Positions 30,574 to 41,305 are shown, counted from the first letter of the stretch. The stretch is DNA of 64,000 bases from an uncultured Candidatus Saccharibacteria bacterium (GCA_964385105.1 CAYLMU010000003.1:2470-66469), one strand, 5' to 3'. Numbers and translations are program-made. The notes: generated by a model from the letters alone, not told the origin.

Positions 30574-32109
30574 TTAACGACTATATTGAAGTGCTTCTGC
30601 TATATGTTCACTACTTATATGAGGTGAAGATTCCAAATCAGCAATGGTGCGAGCAACTTTAATTACTTTAAAATAAGCTCGTGCAGACAATACTAAGCTT
30701 TTTGTAGCTTGTGTCATTAATTGTCTACTTTCCAAATCTAATTTGCAATATTTGTCAATATGAATCTTTTTCATTTTAGAGTTGCATTTTATTACATCAT
30801 TCTTAAATCGTTGATTTTGTATCTCACGAGCTTTTATAATACTCGCTTTTATTTTAGTATGACTAAACTTTGAGTTTAATATTTGTGAGGTTAATCTCTG
30901 TGAAGAGTTAAGATCCTCAATGTCTACCGGTTTGACGTTGATTTTTATGTCAATTCTGTCCAATATGGGACCAGAAATTTTAGACTTGTATTTTTGTATC
31001 TGTTGCGGTGTGCATGTACACTTTTTCATATGATGTGTATGGTACCCGCACGGACACGGGTTAGATGCTGCCAGCAAAGTAAAATCTGCCGGAAATATAA
31101 ATGTGCCCTTCTTTCGTGTAATTACACATATATCTTCTTCAAGCGGCTGTCTCAAAGATTCAATTACTTGCCTATTAAACTCAGGAAATTCATCAAGAAA
31201 TAACACACCTTTGTGAGCCAAACTAATCTCACCCGGTATAGGATTATTACCTCCACCAATCATTCCTGCATATGAAGTTGTATGATGCGGAGATCTATAC
31301 GGTGGCACTTTTATCATGTTATCACCCTGTTTAATCGTTCCTGTTATTGCATGTATTTTAGTGACATTGAAAGAATCCTCTAAATCCAAATTTGGTAATA
31401 ATCCGGAATATGTATGCGATAGCAATGTCTTACCAGCTCCGGGAGGTCCTTCAAAATGCATATTATGCCTACCTGCAGCTGATATTAAAATAGCACGTTT
31501 AGCGTCATCTTGTCCTATAATATCATCTAACGTACCCCTATAATTGTTCTCCATACTGTTCTTAATACTGTCGCTATTTGTTAGCTTTTTGACTGACATT
31601 ATACCTGTTTGTAAAAATTCTAGCACTTCATTTAAATGGCTAAACCCCAAAACAGATACTTGTTCTCTACTTTCTATATTAATAGCATTGACGTCAGATA
31701 TTATTACATTTTTGTAACCATGTAAATATGCGTACATGCATGCTAAAAATGCTTTATTTGAATATTTAATTGTTCCATCCAGTGAAAGCTCTCCAAGCAT
31801 TAATGTATCACTTGGAATTTGTAAATTTGACATAAGTGAAATAATACCTATGGCAATCGGTAAATCATAAAAAGATCCATCTTTTGGTAAATCAGCGGGT
31901 GCTAAGTTCACAAGTATCTTTTTGCCTGATATTGTAATCCCTATGTTTCTTAACGCTGTTGAAATTCGTTCCTTACTTTCTGATATTTCCTTACCCGGAA
32001 GTCCAATAATATCAAATCCCGGAAAACCTCTGCCAGAAATATTTACTTCAACCGTTACCAAAACTAAATCTAAGCCATAAGAAGTAACAGAATAAGTTTT
32101 AGTTAACAT
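30574..32109 (-). CDS. comM: YifB/ComM Mg-chelatase-like AAA+ helicase
   Basis: VNLAPADLPK, GPPGAGKT, PHHT, GEISLAHKGVLFLDE, NPCPCG, ARTIADL. Confidence 0.95.
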   Translation of the reverse strand: MLTKTYSVTSYGLDLVLVTVEVNISGRGFPGFDIIGLPGKEISESKERISTALRNIGITISGKKILVNLAPADLPKDGSFYDLPIAIGIISLMSNLQIPSDTLMLGELSLDGTIKYSNKAFLACMYAYLHGYKNVIISDVNAINIESREQVSVLGFSHLNEVLEFLQTGIMSVKKLTNSDSIKNSMENNYRGTLDDIIGQDDAKRAILISAAGRHNMHFEGPPGAGKTLLSHTYSGLLPNLDLEDSFNVTKIHAITGTIKQGDNMIKVPPYRSPHHTTSYAGMIGGGNNPIPGEISLAHKGVLFLDEFPEFNRQVIESLRQPLEEDICVITRKKGTFIFPADFTLLAASNPCPCGYHTHHMKKCTCTPQQIQKYKSKISGPILDRIDIKINVKPVDIEDLNSSQRLTSQILNSKFSHTKIKASIIKAREIQNQRFKNDVIKCNSKMKKIHIDKYCKLDLESRQLMTQATKSLVLSARAYFKVIKVARTIADLESSPHISSEHIAEALQYSR

Positions 32110-32959
32110 AGTACGAACCTTCTGAATCAGATACTATCCCCTTAACTAATAGGTGTGTGATTGCAGCATTTAGCCTGCCAATTTCCATATCACATATATT
32201 TATTATTTCATTCTTTGTCATTACTTTATTTTTGATTTTTGAATAAACTATTTGCTCATCTGTAGACAAAAGTGTCATATTAATACTTTCGTTTTTCTTT
32301 TTGTTCTTTATGCCATAAAACGTCAATATATCACTTGCATCGGTTACAACTGTTGCCCCCTCTTTTAATAAGGTATTGCTTCCCAGTGACATCCTTGAAT
32401 CAATGTTGCCTGGAATCGCAAAAAGTTTTCTACCAAATTTCTTAGCGTATTCTGCAGTAATCATTGAACCGCTATTATTCTCGGCTTCCACAATTAACAC
32501 ACCTTTACATAATCCCGCAACAATCTCATTTCTCTTGCTAAACATCCATTTTTGCGGTTTTGCCTTATCTTCATACTCTGACATAATGATGCCGCCGGAA
32601 TCCAATATAGAGTAATAAAGATTTTCTTGATATGCTGGTGTTATAAAATTAATTCCACAAGGCATAACAGCAATCGTTTTTCCTCCAGCTTCTATGCAAG
32701 AACTATGTGCTGTAGCATCTACCCCAAACATAAAGCCCGAAACAACCGAGATACCATTATCAGCAAGTTGGGGAACTAATTTCCTCACTAATCTTTCACC
32801 GTAATTTGTCATCCTTCTACTTCCTACAACTGCCAAACAGTTATCAAAAATTTTGCCATCAAAGCTTTTATATTTCACGAATAGTTTTTTTGAGGATGAA
32901 TAAATTGAACCTAGTAAAGGTGATACTTCTTTAACATCCATTTGACTAATGTGATACAT
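32099..32959 (-). CDS. dprA: DNA-processing protein DprA
   Basis: AVVGSR, VSGFMFGVDA.AH, RNEIVAGL, EAE..SGS..TA, PG.I...GSN.L. Confidence 0.95.
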   Translation of the reverse strand: MYHISQMDVKEVSPLLGSIYSSSKKLFVKYKSFDGKIFDNCLAVVGSRRMTNYGERLVRKLVPQLADNGISVVSGFMFGVDATAHSSCIEAGGKTIAVMPCGINFITPAYQENLYYSILDSGGIIMSEYEDKAKPQKWMFSKRNEIVAGLCKGVLIVEAENNSGSMITAEYAKKFGRKLFAIPGNIDSRMSLGSNTLLKEGATVVTDASDILTFYGIKNKKKNESINMTLLSTDEQIVYSKIKNKVMTKNEIINICDMEIGRLNAAITHLLVKGIVSDSEGSYYVN

Positions 32960-33065
32960 ATTGCCAACATATCAAAATTTTATGCAATAAAATACATGGT
33001 AAATTCCACTATAAATAGAGTGAAAACTCGGGAAAAATATTGAATTGCTATGCTATAATCGTGAC

Positions 33066-33731
33066 ATGAACGATTACTTACCCATTGATGAATTCATAAA
33101 GCTTGCAGAACAAAAAGGTGTGGATTTTGGTAACGGAGACCCATATAACAGATTAAGATATTATACAAAAATCGGATGGATTCCACATATGACACGAATG
33201 AAAGGTGATGAAGCCTCTACCAAAGGTCATTTATCCAAGTCTATTGTAGATAGACTTTTATACATTCAAGAATTAAAAGATTCCGGCATGACAAATGATG
33301 AAATAACGGAAGAATTAAGCAAACAAAGTAAATTTCAAACACTGATATCAATAATCAAATCAGAAAAATTTCAGAATAAATTTACAGCAGTTGCCCTGCT
33401 AGTAATGCTGTTTATTGTTTTAGTATCAGAGCTGGGTGTAATTAAAATAGGTAAATCGCAGACACCGGCCTCGTTTATAGTACAAAATAATAATCCTAAT
33501 ATATCAATTATCGATGCCGGAAGTGCTTTTATGCCTCGAGGTGAAAAGACAGTATTTGTCACAAATGTGGAGGTTACAGAGACTTCAAAAATTTATGTAT
33601 CGTTTAAAAATGACTTTTCGCCTGCAGCAAAATTCTGGATTTCAGAACAAATACCCGGTACAGGCTTTAGAGTTGAACTGGATGCTCCAACTTTAAACGA
33701 TGCTGAATTTGATTGGTGGATTACTAATTAA
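33066..33731 (+). CDS. MerR-like HTH, TM helix and 'FDWWI' C-terminal domain protein
   Basis: RLRYYTKIGWIP, I.ELKDSGM...EI; TM helix; TATAAT 6 nt before ATG 33066. Confidence 0.7.
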   Translation: MNDYLPIDEFIKLAEQKGVDFGNGDPYNRLRYYTKIGWIPHMTRMKGDEASTKGHLSKSIVDRLLYIQELKDSGMTNDEITEELSKQSKFQTLISIIKSEKFQNKFTAVALLVMLFIVLVSELGVIKIGKSQTPASFIVQNNNPNISIIDAGSAFMPRGEKTVFVTNVEVTETSKIYVSFKNDFSPAAKFWISEQIPGTGFRVELDAPTLNDAEFDWWITN

Positions 33732-33740
33732 AATTAATTT

Positions 33741-33816
33741 TGGTGGACCGTAGCGGGATCGAACCGCTGACCTCTACTATGCCATAGTAGCACTCTACCA
33801 ACTGAGCTAACGGCCC
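33741..33816 (-). tRNA. tRNA-Ala(GGC)
   Basis: Cloverleaf, G3.U70, anticodon arm CTACT-ATGGCAT-AGTAG, CCA. Confidence 0.95.
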
Positions 33817-33833
33817 AAGACTTAAACATTATA

Positions 33834-34979
33834 CTATGATTTTACTACTCTTCTGTTAGGTAAATTATCAATTGTGTAAGTTTTAGTAGGTTGTTCATCC
33901 GCAAAAAATACTATTCTCTCAGGTGCCTCTTTTAACTTTTCTACAATTTTTTCCTGAAGCACTTTTGTTCCCTCGCCCGTTACCGCAGAAATTCCAATTA
34001 CATCCACACCCATTAACTTAAACTCTTTAATTATTTCAGGTAGTGATTCTTTTACTTCAGTTATATCTATTTTATTTATCACTACTATCTCAGGTTTGTC
34101 AGCAAGCCTCACTCTGCCTTTCACATAGCTGCTTAATTCTTCTCTAATTGCTTTATATGATTGTAAAGCAGTATCAACCATAGTCATGTCAACATTTATC
34201 CCCTCTATTGTATATGACAACGGATTTATCAAATGAACCAATATTCGTGTTCTTTCAATGTGGCGCAAAAAGTCATCACCAAGCCCTTTACCCTGTGAAG
34301 CACCTTCAATCAAACCCGGAAGATCGGCCACTATAACATTTTGCCCGGTATAAAGAGTAAGTTTGCCTAAATTTGGAGTAATTGTAGTAAAAGGATAACT
34401 GGCAGTTTTGGCTTTTGTGTTTGTCCAATAATTAATGAGTGTACTCTTACCTGCATTAGGCATACCAATCAACCCCACGTCGGCCACCATTTTAATTTCA
34501 AGAATTAATGTTTTTTCTTCACCGCTTGTTCCATGAGTAAATTGAACCGGAGCTTGATTTGTTGAACTTTTAAACCTCACATTCCCCTTACCTCCAATAC
34601 CACCTTTAGCAATTAAAAGCTTTTCTTCTTTTGATACAGCTACCATGTCACCTACAAGAATTTCCTCATCACCTTTTACTTCATAAATTAATGTGCCGAC
34701 GGGAATTTTAATATAAAGGTCTTCTCCGCTTTCACCGCTCATTTTTCGTTTCCCACCTTCTTTACCATTTTGCGCTTTATACTGTGTTTTTGTTCTAAAA
34801 TCCAGTAATGTCACCATATTTTCTTCGGGTACCAAATACACATCTCCGCCATTTCCTCCGTCACCACCGTCAGGACCACCTTTGGGAATATATTTTTCAC
34901 GTCTAAATGAAACATGACCGTCTCCGCCATTTCCGGCTTTGACATATATTTTTACTTTGTCTACAAGGGCTTTTGCCAT
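33834..34979 (-). CDS. obgE: GTPase ObgE/CgtA
   Basis: GNGGDG..SFRREK, GMPNAGKST, YPFTT, DLPG, NKID. Confidence 0.97.
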   Translation of the reverse strand: MAKALVDKVKIYVKAGNGGDGHVSFRREKYIPKGGPDGGDGGNGGDVYLVPEENMVTLLDFRTKTQYKAQNGKEGGKRKMSGESGEDLYIKIPVGTLIYEVKGDEEILVGDMVAVSKEEKLLIAKGGIGGKGNVRFKSSTNQAPVQFTHGTSGEEKTLILEIKMVADVGLIGMPNAGKSTLINYWTNTKAKTASYPFTTITPNLGKLTLYTGQNVIVADLPGLIEGASQGKGLGDDFLRHIERTRILVHLINPLSYTIEGINVDMTMVDTALQSYKAIREELSSYVKGRVRLADKPEIVVINKIDITEVKESLPEIIKEFKLMGVDVIGISAVTGEGTKVLQEKIVEKLKEAPERIVFFADEQPTKTYTIDNLPNRRVVKS

Positions 34980-34993
34980 GGATGTATTATAGA

Positions 34994-36280
34994 CTAATTT
35001 ATGTAATTTAGCGGATTTTGTGATACACCGTTAAAGTTTATTGTAAAGTGCACGTGCGGCCCTGTTGATCTTCCGGTATTACCCATGAGTCCGAGTGCCT
35101 GCCCTTTTGCCACCGTATCGCCATAGCCAATATCAACCCTGCTCATATGGCCATATACAGTTTCGTATCCGTTACCATGGTCTATTCTTACATGAAGGCC
35201 TAATCCCCATGGATCCCAACCGGACCTTGTTACAACACCACCAGCACATGCATATAAAGGAGGCATTGCGTTTCCACTTGGATTAGCAATATCAAGCCCA
35301 TTGTGATACCACGAGAAGTATTGCGTGATAATTCGGGTTGTTGTAGGCCACATGCACCACCCAGAAGATGCGTTCGGATCAACTGCTGAAGGTAATGGAG
35401 CCAAGTATGACGGCGAAGGCACAACCACATTTTGAGGAATTTTTGCATCGGGAATAACAAGCTCAGAACCCACAACAAGACTTGACGTATTTAAAATGTA
35501 GTTAAAGTCAGCAATAGCCTGTGGAGCAACAGAATATTTATTGGCAATAGAACTTAAAGTATCTCCTTTTGCAACTGTGTGAATTAATCCTGTTACCGGA
35601 GGGATTACAATCTGATCTCCAACATTTAATACAGAATAATCCGACAAATTGTTTACATACTTTAAAGCATCAACTGAGATTTTAAATTTATTACCAATCG
35701 AAGATAGTGTATCCCCGTCTTCAATAACATAAGCAAACGGCTCAGATTGTTTTCTACTGTCGGGCACTGTTGTAATAGCTGTGGTTCTTTGAGGAATAAT
35801 ATCTGTGACACTTGCCAAATAGTCAGGGTCAATTTCTTGGCTGTTCACAAGTTTAGAACTATTAAAGACTTCTCCAATCATAAAAACCATAAAAGCTACA
35901 ACCATAACAAAAGAAGTTACAATAGGCCTGCCCAGTCTTCCTCTTGACCATATCATTTTTCTTACAACAAATGCCTTTGTCACCGGCACAGAGTTAACTG
36001 CTAACACCCCTGTTCTTCGTGTTCCCCTTAATATATTCCTAATTTTTAATCTTAAATATTTTAGTGTGGAATTGAAAAAATCAATATAAATATTAAACCA
36101 CTGTTCTACTTTATTTCGACCTTTAGGGTCAAAACCTTCAAAACGAACCTGAAAAAATCTTTGAGATTTTGGACGCTTTGAAGTTATAGTCCATAAACGG
36201 CTATGCTGGACACGGTCTTTTATGCTTTTATCTTTTTTAAGTGATAACTTACCACCTAGTTTAAAAGACATCTTGTACAT
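34994..36280 (-). CDS. LysM-LysM-M23 peptidoglycan endopeptidase
   Basis: TM; two GDTLSSI LysM repeats; HNGLD, YGHM, GRSTGPHVHF. Confidence 0.92.
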   Translation of the reverse strand: MYKMSFKLGGKLSLKKDKSIKDRVQHSRLWTITSKRPKSQRFFQVRFEGFDPKGRNKVEQWFNIYIDFFNSTLKYLRLKIRNILRGTRRTGVLAVNSVPVTKAFVVRKMIWSRGRLGRPIVTSFVMVVAFMVFMIGEVFNSSKLVNSQEIDPDYLASVTDIIPQRTTAITTVPDSRKQSEPFAYVIEDGDTLSSIGNKFKISVDALKYVNNLSDYSVLNVGDQIVIPPVTGLIHTVAKGDTLSSIANKYSVAPQAIADFNYILNTSSLVVGSELVIPDAKIPQNVVVPSPSYLAPLPSAVDPNASSGWCMWPTTTRIITQYFSWYHNGLDIANPSGNAMPPLYACAGGVVTRSGWDPWGLGLHVRIDHGNGYETVYGHMSRVDIGYGDTVAKGQALGLMGNTGRSTGPHVHFTINFNGVSQNPLNYIN

Positions 36281-36296
36281 TTTATCAAATGTAAAG

Positions 36297-37475
36297 CTAC
36301 TTTGCTTGGTGCAGGGTTTCTAGAAAGTCTTTATTGTTTTTTGACTTTTTAAGCTGTTGAATAACAAGTTCTGTGGCCTCATTATTATTTAATAAATCAA
36401 CCATTCGTCTTAGTCGATGTACGGAATCTAAAGTCTTTTCGTCATACAACTGTTCTTCGTGTCTTGTACCGCTGGCTTTAATATCAATTGCAGGATATAT
36501 TCTTCTTTCGGCAAGGTTTCTATCAAGTCTCAATTCCATGTTACCGGTACCTTTAAATTCTTCAAAAATAACTTCATCCATTCTTGAACCTGTATCAACT
36601 AACGATGTCGCAATAATAGTTAAGCTACCTGCTTCTTCAAAATTACGTGCAGCTCCAAAGAAATGTTTAGCCGGATATAATGCAGACGGGTCAAATCCAC
36701 CGGATAATGTTCTTCCTGATGGCGGAACCACCATATTGTATGCCCTGGCTAATCTGGTCAATGAGTCCATTAATATAACCACATCCTTACCCTTCTCAGC
36801 CATTCTTTTTGCTTTTTCTAAACAAATTTCAGCAATTCTGGTCTGATCTTCTGCTTTTTCATCAAAATTACTTGCAAACACTTCACCTTTAACTTTTCGT
36901 TGCATATCTGTCACCTCTTCAGGTCTTTCGCCAATTAGTGCAACCAACAATTCCACTTCAGGGTAATTGTCTGCTAATCCATGCGCTATATCTTGTAATA
37001 ACCAGGTTTTACCTGCTTTAGGAGGTGCAACAATCATAGCTCTTTGACCTTTACCTATTGGTGCAATTAAGTCGATTAATCTTGTTGAAATAATGTCGGG
37101 TTTTGTTTCCAGCTTTAACCACTCATTCGGAAACACCGGAGTCATTTTGCTAAACGAAGGTCTTTTCTTTGCTTCATCAGGGTTTAAATCATCAACCTTT
37201 TCGACTTGTAACAAAGACAGCCATCTCTCACCCTCTTTTGGAGCGCGTGCATAACCTTCTATTGTGTCACCCATTCTAAGATTAAATCTTCTAATTTGTG
37301 ACTGGCTTATATAAACATCTTTAGGTAAGTCAGAATTCTCAGGAGCTTCAGGTTGTCTTATAACTCCATAATCAGGAAATATTTCAAGTGTACCTTTTAC
37401 GGCTATTGTTGAACCTGAGTAGTAAGTACTTTCTGAATCACCGTTACCATTATTTATTTTTTTTGTTCTTGGCAT
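36297..37475 (-). CDS. rho: Transcription termination factor Rho
   Basis: DVYISQSQIRRF, PIGKGQR..IVAPPKAGKT, ERPEEVTD, FEEFKGTGN. Confidence 0.97.
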   Translation of the reverse strand: MPRTKKINNGNGDSESTYYSGSTIAVKGTLEIFPDYGVIRQPEAPENSDLPKDVYISQSQIRRFNLRMGDTIEGYARAPKEGERWLSLLQVEKVDDLNPDEAKKRPSFSKMTPVFPNEWLKLETKPDIISTRLIDLIAPIGKGQRAMIVAPPKAGKTWLLQDIAHGLADNYPEVELLVALIGERPEEVTDMQRKVKGEVFASNFDEKAEDQTRIAEICLEKAKRMAEKGKDVVILMDSLTRLARAYNMVVPPSGRTLSGGFDPSALYPAKHFFGAARNFEEAGSLTIIATSLVDTGSRMDEVIFEEFKGTGNMELRLDRNLAERRIYPAIDIKASGTRHEEQLYDEKTLDSVHRLRRMVDLLNNNEATELVIQQLKKSKNNKDFLETLHQAK

Positions 37476-37554
37476 AGAATAATTCTTTAAGGGAACTAAT
37501 TAACTAAGATCGGGAGATAGCCACTGCCCCGAGCTACCTCCCTATCTCAATAAA

Positions 37555-38211
37555 CTAATAATGAACAAGTTCGGATTTTACCACTAACCTTTTGTTGTAA
37601 CCTTCCCCGGGTATCCAAACACCACCGCATGTAATTAACGTAAGCTCCGACTTATCATAAACTTTATCAAATATTTTTAATCTTTCAGGATCAAGAATAT
37701 CGATATAAAACAGATTAGTGATTTTGTAGGTATATACTTTACCTAAACTATCAACTAAAAAAACTCTATCATTTATTTGTGCATTTTTCAACTCATACAA
37801 TGCTGCAGGAGCACCAAAATTATTATCATAATGCGCGTTTACAATTATGTTTCCGACCTCACCGGGTTTAGCACTTTTGTAGTACCAACCCCCTACATTC
37901 CAATCGTCAGGAGCTTCTAATGCCCCATCTTCCTCAACACCAACTTCTATAATGTCAAAATCTACATTTACGCTGTTCATAAACAAACGTGTAGGGTTTG
38001 CATACAAAGGCTTCAAACTATCTTTAAAAACGGATGGCTTTGGAGTCTGTATCTCTTCTTGTGGCTTAAATCTGTTCGTAATAGAAATTATGTTTTTCAA
38101 GCTTATTTTATTTAATAAATCAGGATTAAACGAAAAAGCCAAAACAACAATTGTAGCACCAACCAGTGAGCTGTATATTAAAAGCTTTTTATTTAGATCC
38201 GTTGTGAACAT
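37555..38211 (-). CDS. Class F sortase
   Basis: GWY...KPGEVGN..VNAH, LTLITCGG, KRLVV. Confidence 0.88.
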   Translation of the reverse strand: MFTTDLNKKLLIYSSLVGATIVVLAFSFNPDLLNKISLKNIISITNRFKPQEEIQTPKPSVFKDSLKPLYANPTRLFMNSVNVDFDIIEVGVEEDGALEAPDDWNVGGWYYKSAKPGEVGNIIVNAHYDNNFGAPAALYELKNAQINDRVFLVDSLGKVYTYKITNLFYIDILDPERLKIFDKVYDKSELTLITCGGVWIPGEGYNKRLVVKSELVHY

Positions 38212-38359
38212 TTTTTATTATTAACATTTAGTTTTTTCCAGCAGGGGTTTGTTACTGCAAAGTTAGATTTCAAATAGAATGGTCGCGTAAGCGTGCGGCA
38301 AACCCAACCATTCTACTCAAAACCCAACCTTCTTGACTTGTAAATGAATTTTGGGGGTG

Positions 38360-38384
38360 TAGGGGCCGGAATATCCGGCCCCTA
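38360..38384. repeat. GC-rich perfect hairpin downstream of the LPXTG gene
   Basis: taggggccgga-ata-tccggccccta. Confidence 0.7.
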
Positions 38385-38406
38385 ACCTAGCGTCTATATA
38401 TTAGTA

Positions 38407-39033
38407 TTAAGCTAATATGTTCTTTTTGACTAATGTTCCTGTCGAAATCAACGCTAGACCTGCAACTAATAATGCTAAACTTGACCCGGCACCAGTTTTT
38501 GGTAACTCGGATATTTCAGCATCACCATAACAAACAGTTGCGGTATCACTTCCCTCAAAGTTGCCGTCGTATTCAAGTTCTACCTTGTTTACCACGCACT
38601 TTTCAAATTCTTTTTCATTGTCAAACTCATCTTTGTCAACTTTAGCTCTTATAAAGAACTCAACAGTTTCACCGGGTTCAAAGTTATCCCATTCCTCGGT
38701 TAAACCATCGCTACCTGAGTCAACGTATTCAAGTTCATCAGGTAAAAAGTCTTCGTATTTCATGTTGTCAACTTCTACTTCACCTACGTTTTCTACTTTG
38801 ATTCTAAAGTAGAATGTGTCATTCCATTCGTCAGTATCAAGAACTATTTTGTCCTTATAGTTACCGTCTTTGTCTTTACTTACCTCTTTAGTGATTCGGA
38901 AAGATTTATTACAGATCTCTCCACCACCATAAGTTTGTTTACATTTATTATCTGCAAATACCTGTTTGCTGCTTGTAATCGATACCAAAATTAATGACAC
39001 TAATATTAGACTTTTACTTATATATTTATACAT
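38407..39033 (-). CDS. Secreted DUF11-like protein with LPxTG sorting signal
   Basis: Signal peptide; ITKEV, F.I.VEN.G, D.LP..LEYV; C-terminal LPKTG, hydrophobic stretch, KK. Confidence 0.85.
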   Translation of the reverse strand: MYKYISKSLILVSLILVSITSSKQVFADNKCKQTYGGGEICNKSFRITKEVSKDKDGNYKDKIVLDTDEWNDTFYFRIKVENVGEVEVDNMKYEDFLPDELEYVDSGSDGLTEEWDNFEPGETVEFFIRAKVDKDEFDNEKEFEKCVVNKVELEYDGNFEGSDTATVCYGDAEISELPKTGAGSSLALLVAGLALISTGTLVKKNILA

Positions 39034-39197
39034 ATTATTTTCTTTTAGGCAGGGTGTTTAGGCAGAAATAACAACTAAAAACAGTGGCTCATTAAAGCCA
39101 ATAGTAGTATTTTACATAAAAATAGCACAATTGTCAAGGCTATAGGATATGTTATTTCTAGGTTTATCATCTAGCTATTGTTTGGCATAATTAGTAC

Positions 39198-40391
39198 ATG
39201 CAACCTGAATTACCTTTAAAAGTGCTTTTAGTATTACCTTTCTTCTATCCACACCGAGGAGGAAGTCAAAAGTACGCTGAAGAAATTTATGTTCATCTAA
39301 TAAATAATCACCCAGATTGCCACATAGATGTACTCGCATACAATACAGACCACGTAGAACACTTCGAGGAATATAGAGGGTTAAAAATCTATAGGATTCC
39401 CTGTTGGAACATAATTCCTGCGCGATTTGTATTACCTAATCCCCTAGCATTGTATCGTATACTCAAACAGCTCTCTTATAACAAATACGATTTTGTCAAC
39501 ACCCATATTAGATTTTTTGACCCTACGTGGTGGGTATGGTTTTACGCAAAAAAAATAGGCGCAAAAAGCTTTTACACTGGACATGTCGCATCCTATCCCA
39601 TACACCAAAATAAGCTAGTAGAAGTAATAGCTAAGTTAGTAGACATTACTATAGGTAAATATTCAGTTAATAAATATGAGCTTATAACTTTTACAAACAA
39701 AACTGCTCAAAACTTTTTTGTTAATGTGCTCGGTTTGAAAAAAAACTCCTATATTGTATATGGCGGGGTAGATACGAAGTTTTTTGCTCCCACAAATAAA
39801 CAAAATAGAGTACTTCCCAAAATAAACCTAAAGATAGATAATGAAGCTATACTAATAACATATCTTGGACGTTTGATTTGGACAAAAGGTGTTACATATT
39901 TATACGAGGCAATTACCTTAATGCTTAAAGAAACCGATCAAAAGATGATTTTTGTACTCGCAGGTCCCGGTGAATTAGAAATGAAACTAAGGAACCAAGT
40001 AAAACAAGATGGATTAGAGGAACAAGTACTCATTTTAGGAGATATGTCATATACCCAAGTGCGCGATCTACTAGCCATTTCTGATATATTTGTAAATCCA
40101 TCTCACCATAACGAAGGATTTCCAAACACGATACTAGAAGCAGGCTCTTCAGGATGTTATGTCATCGCTACAGACAACGCAGGAACTTGGGAAGTAATCC
40201 GAGATAAAGAAACGGGTCAACTTGTACCTCAAAAGAATGTCCAGTCCTTGTATGACGCTATATCGTGGGCACTAAATAATAAAGAAAAAAGAAATAAAAT
40301 AGCTAATAATTTCAGAAATGAACTTGTTCAATCTTTTGATTGGAACGTGATTGCAGAACAACTCTACAAATTACTCATCAAAATACGATAG
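39198..40391 (+). CDS. GT4 family glycosyltransferase
   Basis: FYPHRGG, GVDT, GRL..KG, EGFPNTILEA. Confidence 0.92.
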   Translation: MQPELPLKVLLVLPFFYPHRGGSQKYAEEIYVHLINNHPDCHIDVLAYNTDHVEHFEEYRGLKIYRIPCWNIIPARFVLPNPLALYRILKQLSYNKYDFVNTHIRFFDPTWWVWFYAKKIGAKSFYTGHVASYPIHQNKLVEVIAKLVDITIGKYSVNKYELITFTNKTAQNFFVNVLGLKKNSYIVYGGVDTKFFAPTNKQNRVLPKINLKIDNEAILITYLGRLIWTKGVTYLYEAITLMLKETDQKMIFVLAGPGELEMKLRNQVKQDGLEEQVLILGDMSYTQVRDLLAISDIFVNPSHHNEGFPNTILEAGSSGCYVIATDNAGTWEVIRDKETGQLVPQKNVQSLYDAISWALNNKEKRNKIANNFRNELVQSFDWNVIAEQLYKLLIKIR

Positions 40392-40395
40392 TAAA

Positions 40396-41175
40396 TTAAA
40401 TTGCAAATTTAACTTTGTGACCTTCAAATACAGGCTTTTCCCAGTCACTTCTTATGAAAGCATATACATACCCACCAAGAACACTATCCTCAGTAAATCT
40501 TCTTTTTAGTATATATATAAAGTGGTTAAATCCAGTTTTCCAAATTTGTTGCTTACTTGGCTCATGTTCCCTTTCAAAGTGATTAATGTGATACTCACTA
40601 AAACACACTTCTTTATTAGTTATAGCTGACACTTTTATTTCAGGGGATAAATTCCAATCACCCATTCTTAAATTTATTTTAGGTAACGCTTCACGTTTAA
40701 TACCCCACATGCCTGTTAAAGCATCTTTAATAGGATACCCATATAAAATAGCAATCTCCATATTAAGTATATAAATACCCAATCTTCTTGTTTTGGATAT
40801 GGCTTTTGGGTTCAATAATGGCAAACGATTACACGAAACAACATCAAAATCGTTGTCTTCCATATATTTAACTATATATTTTATTTCATTAGATGGGTAT
40901 GTATCATCAGCATCCATAGCAAATATATAGTCACCTGTTGAGGTAGCTATACCTGACAAATGTGCATATCCATACCCAATACCATTAAGTTTTCTATTCT
41001 CCTTTACAACAATAGCACCAGCTTCTCTGGCAACTTTTGCAGAATTATCGGTAGAGCCGTTATCAACAACGATTATTTCATCTACATAAGTAGGCACATT
41101 TTTAATTGTATTTGAAATGATTTTTTCCTCGTTTTTACAAGGAATAATAAGTGATATCTTTTTATCGTGTATCAT
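40396..41175 (-). CDS. GT2 (DPM-synthase-like) glycosyltransferase
   Basis: IIPCKNEE, VVDNGSTD, GYG.A, MDADDTY. Confidence 0.92.
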   Translation of the reverse strand: MIHDKKISLIIPCKNEEKIISNTIKNVPTYVDEIIVVDNGSTDNSAKVAREAGAIVVKENRKLNGIGYGYAHLSGIATSTGDYIFAMDADDTYPSNEIKYIVKYMEDNDFDVVSCNRLPLLNPKAISKTRRLGIYILNMEIAILYGYPIKDALTGMWGIKREALPKINLRMGDWNLSPEIKVSAITNKEVCFSEYHINHFEREHEPSKQQIWKTGFNHFIYILKRRFTEDSVLGGYVYAFIRSDWEKPVFEGHKVKFAI

Positions 41176-41305
41176 AGGATAAAATATATCATGCTATAGG
41201 TTAATTGTCAATATGAGGTTATGGTGTTATATAAGGATATAAAAGGAAAGCAAGAGAGTTACGGGGTTTAACCCTCTTGCTTAAGTGCTTTAGAAAAGAA
41301 CTAGT

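Noticed and set aside
38275-38320. GGCAAACC resembling a c-di-GMP-I riboswitch
   Set aside because: It is on the wrong strand for the flanking genes, and the GAAA loop and GACGCAAAG elements are missing.
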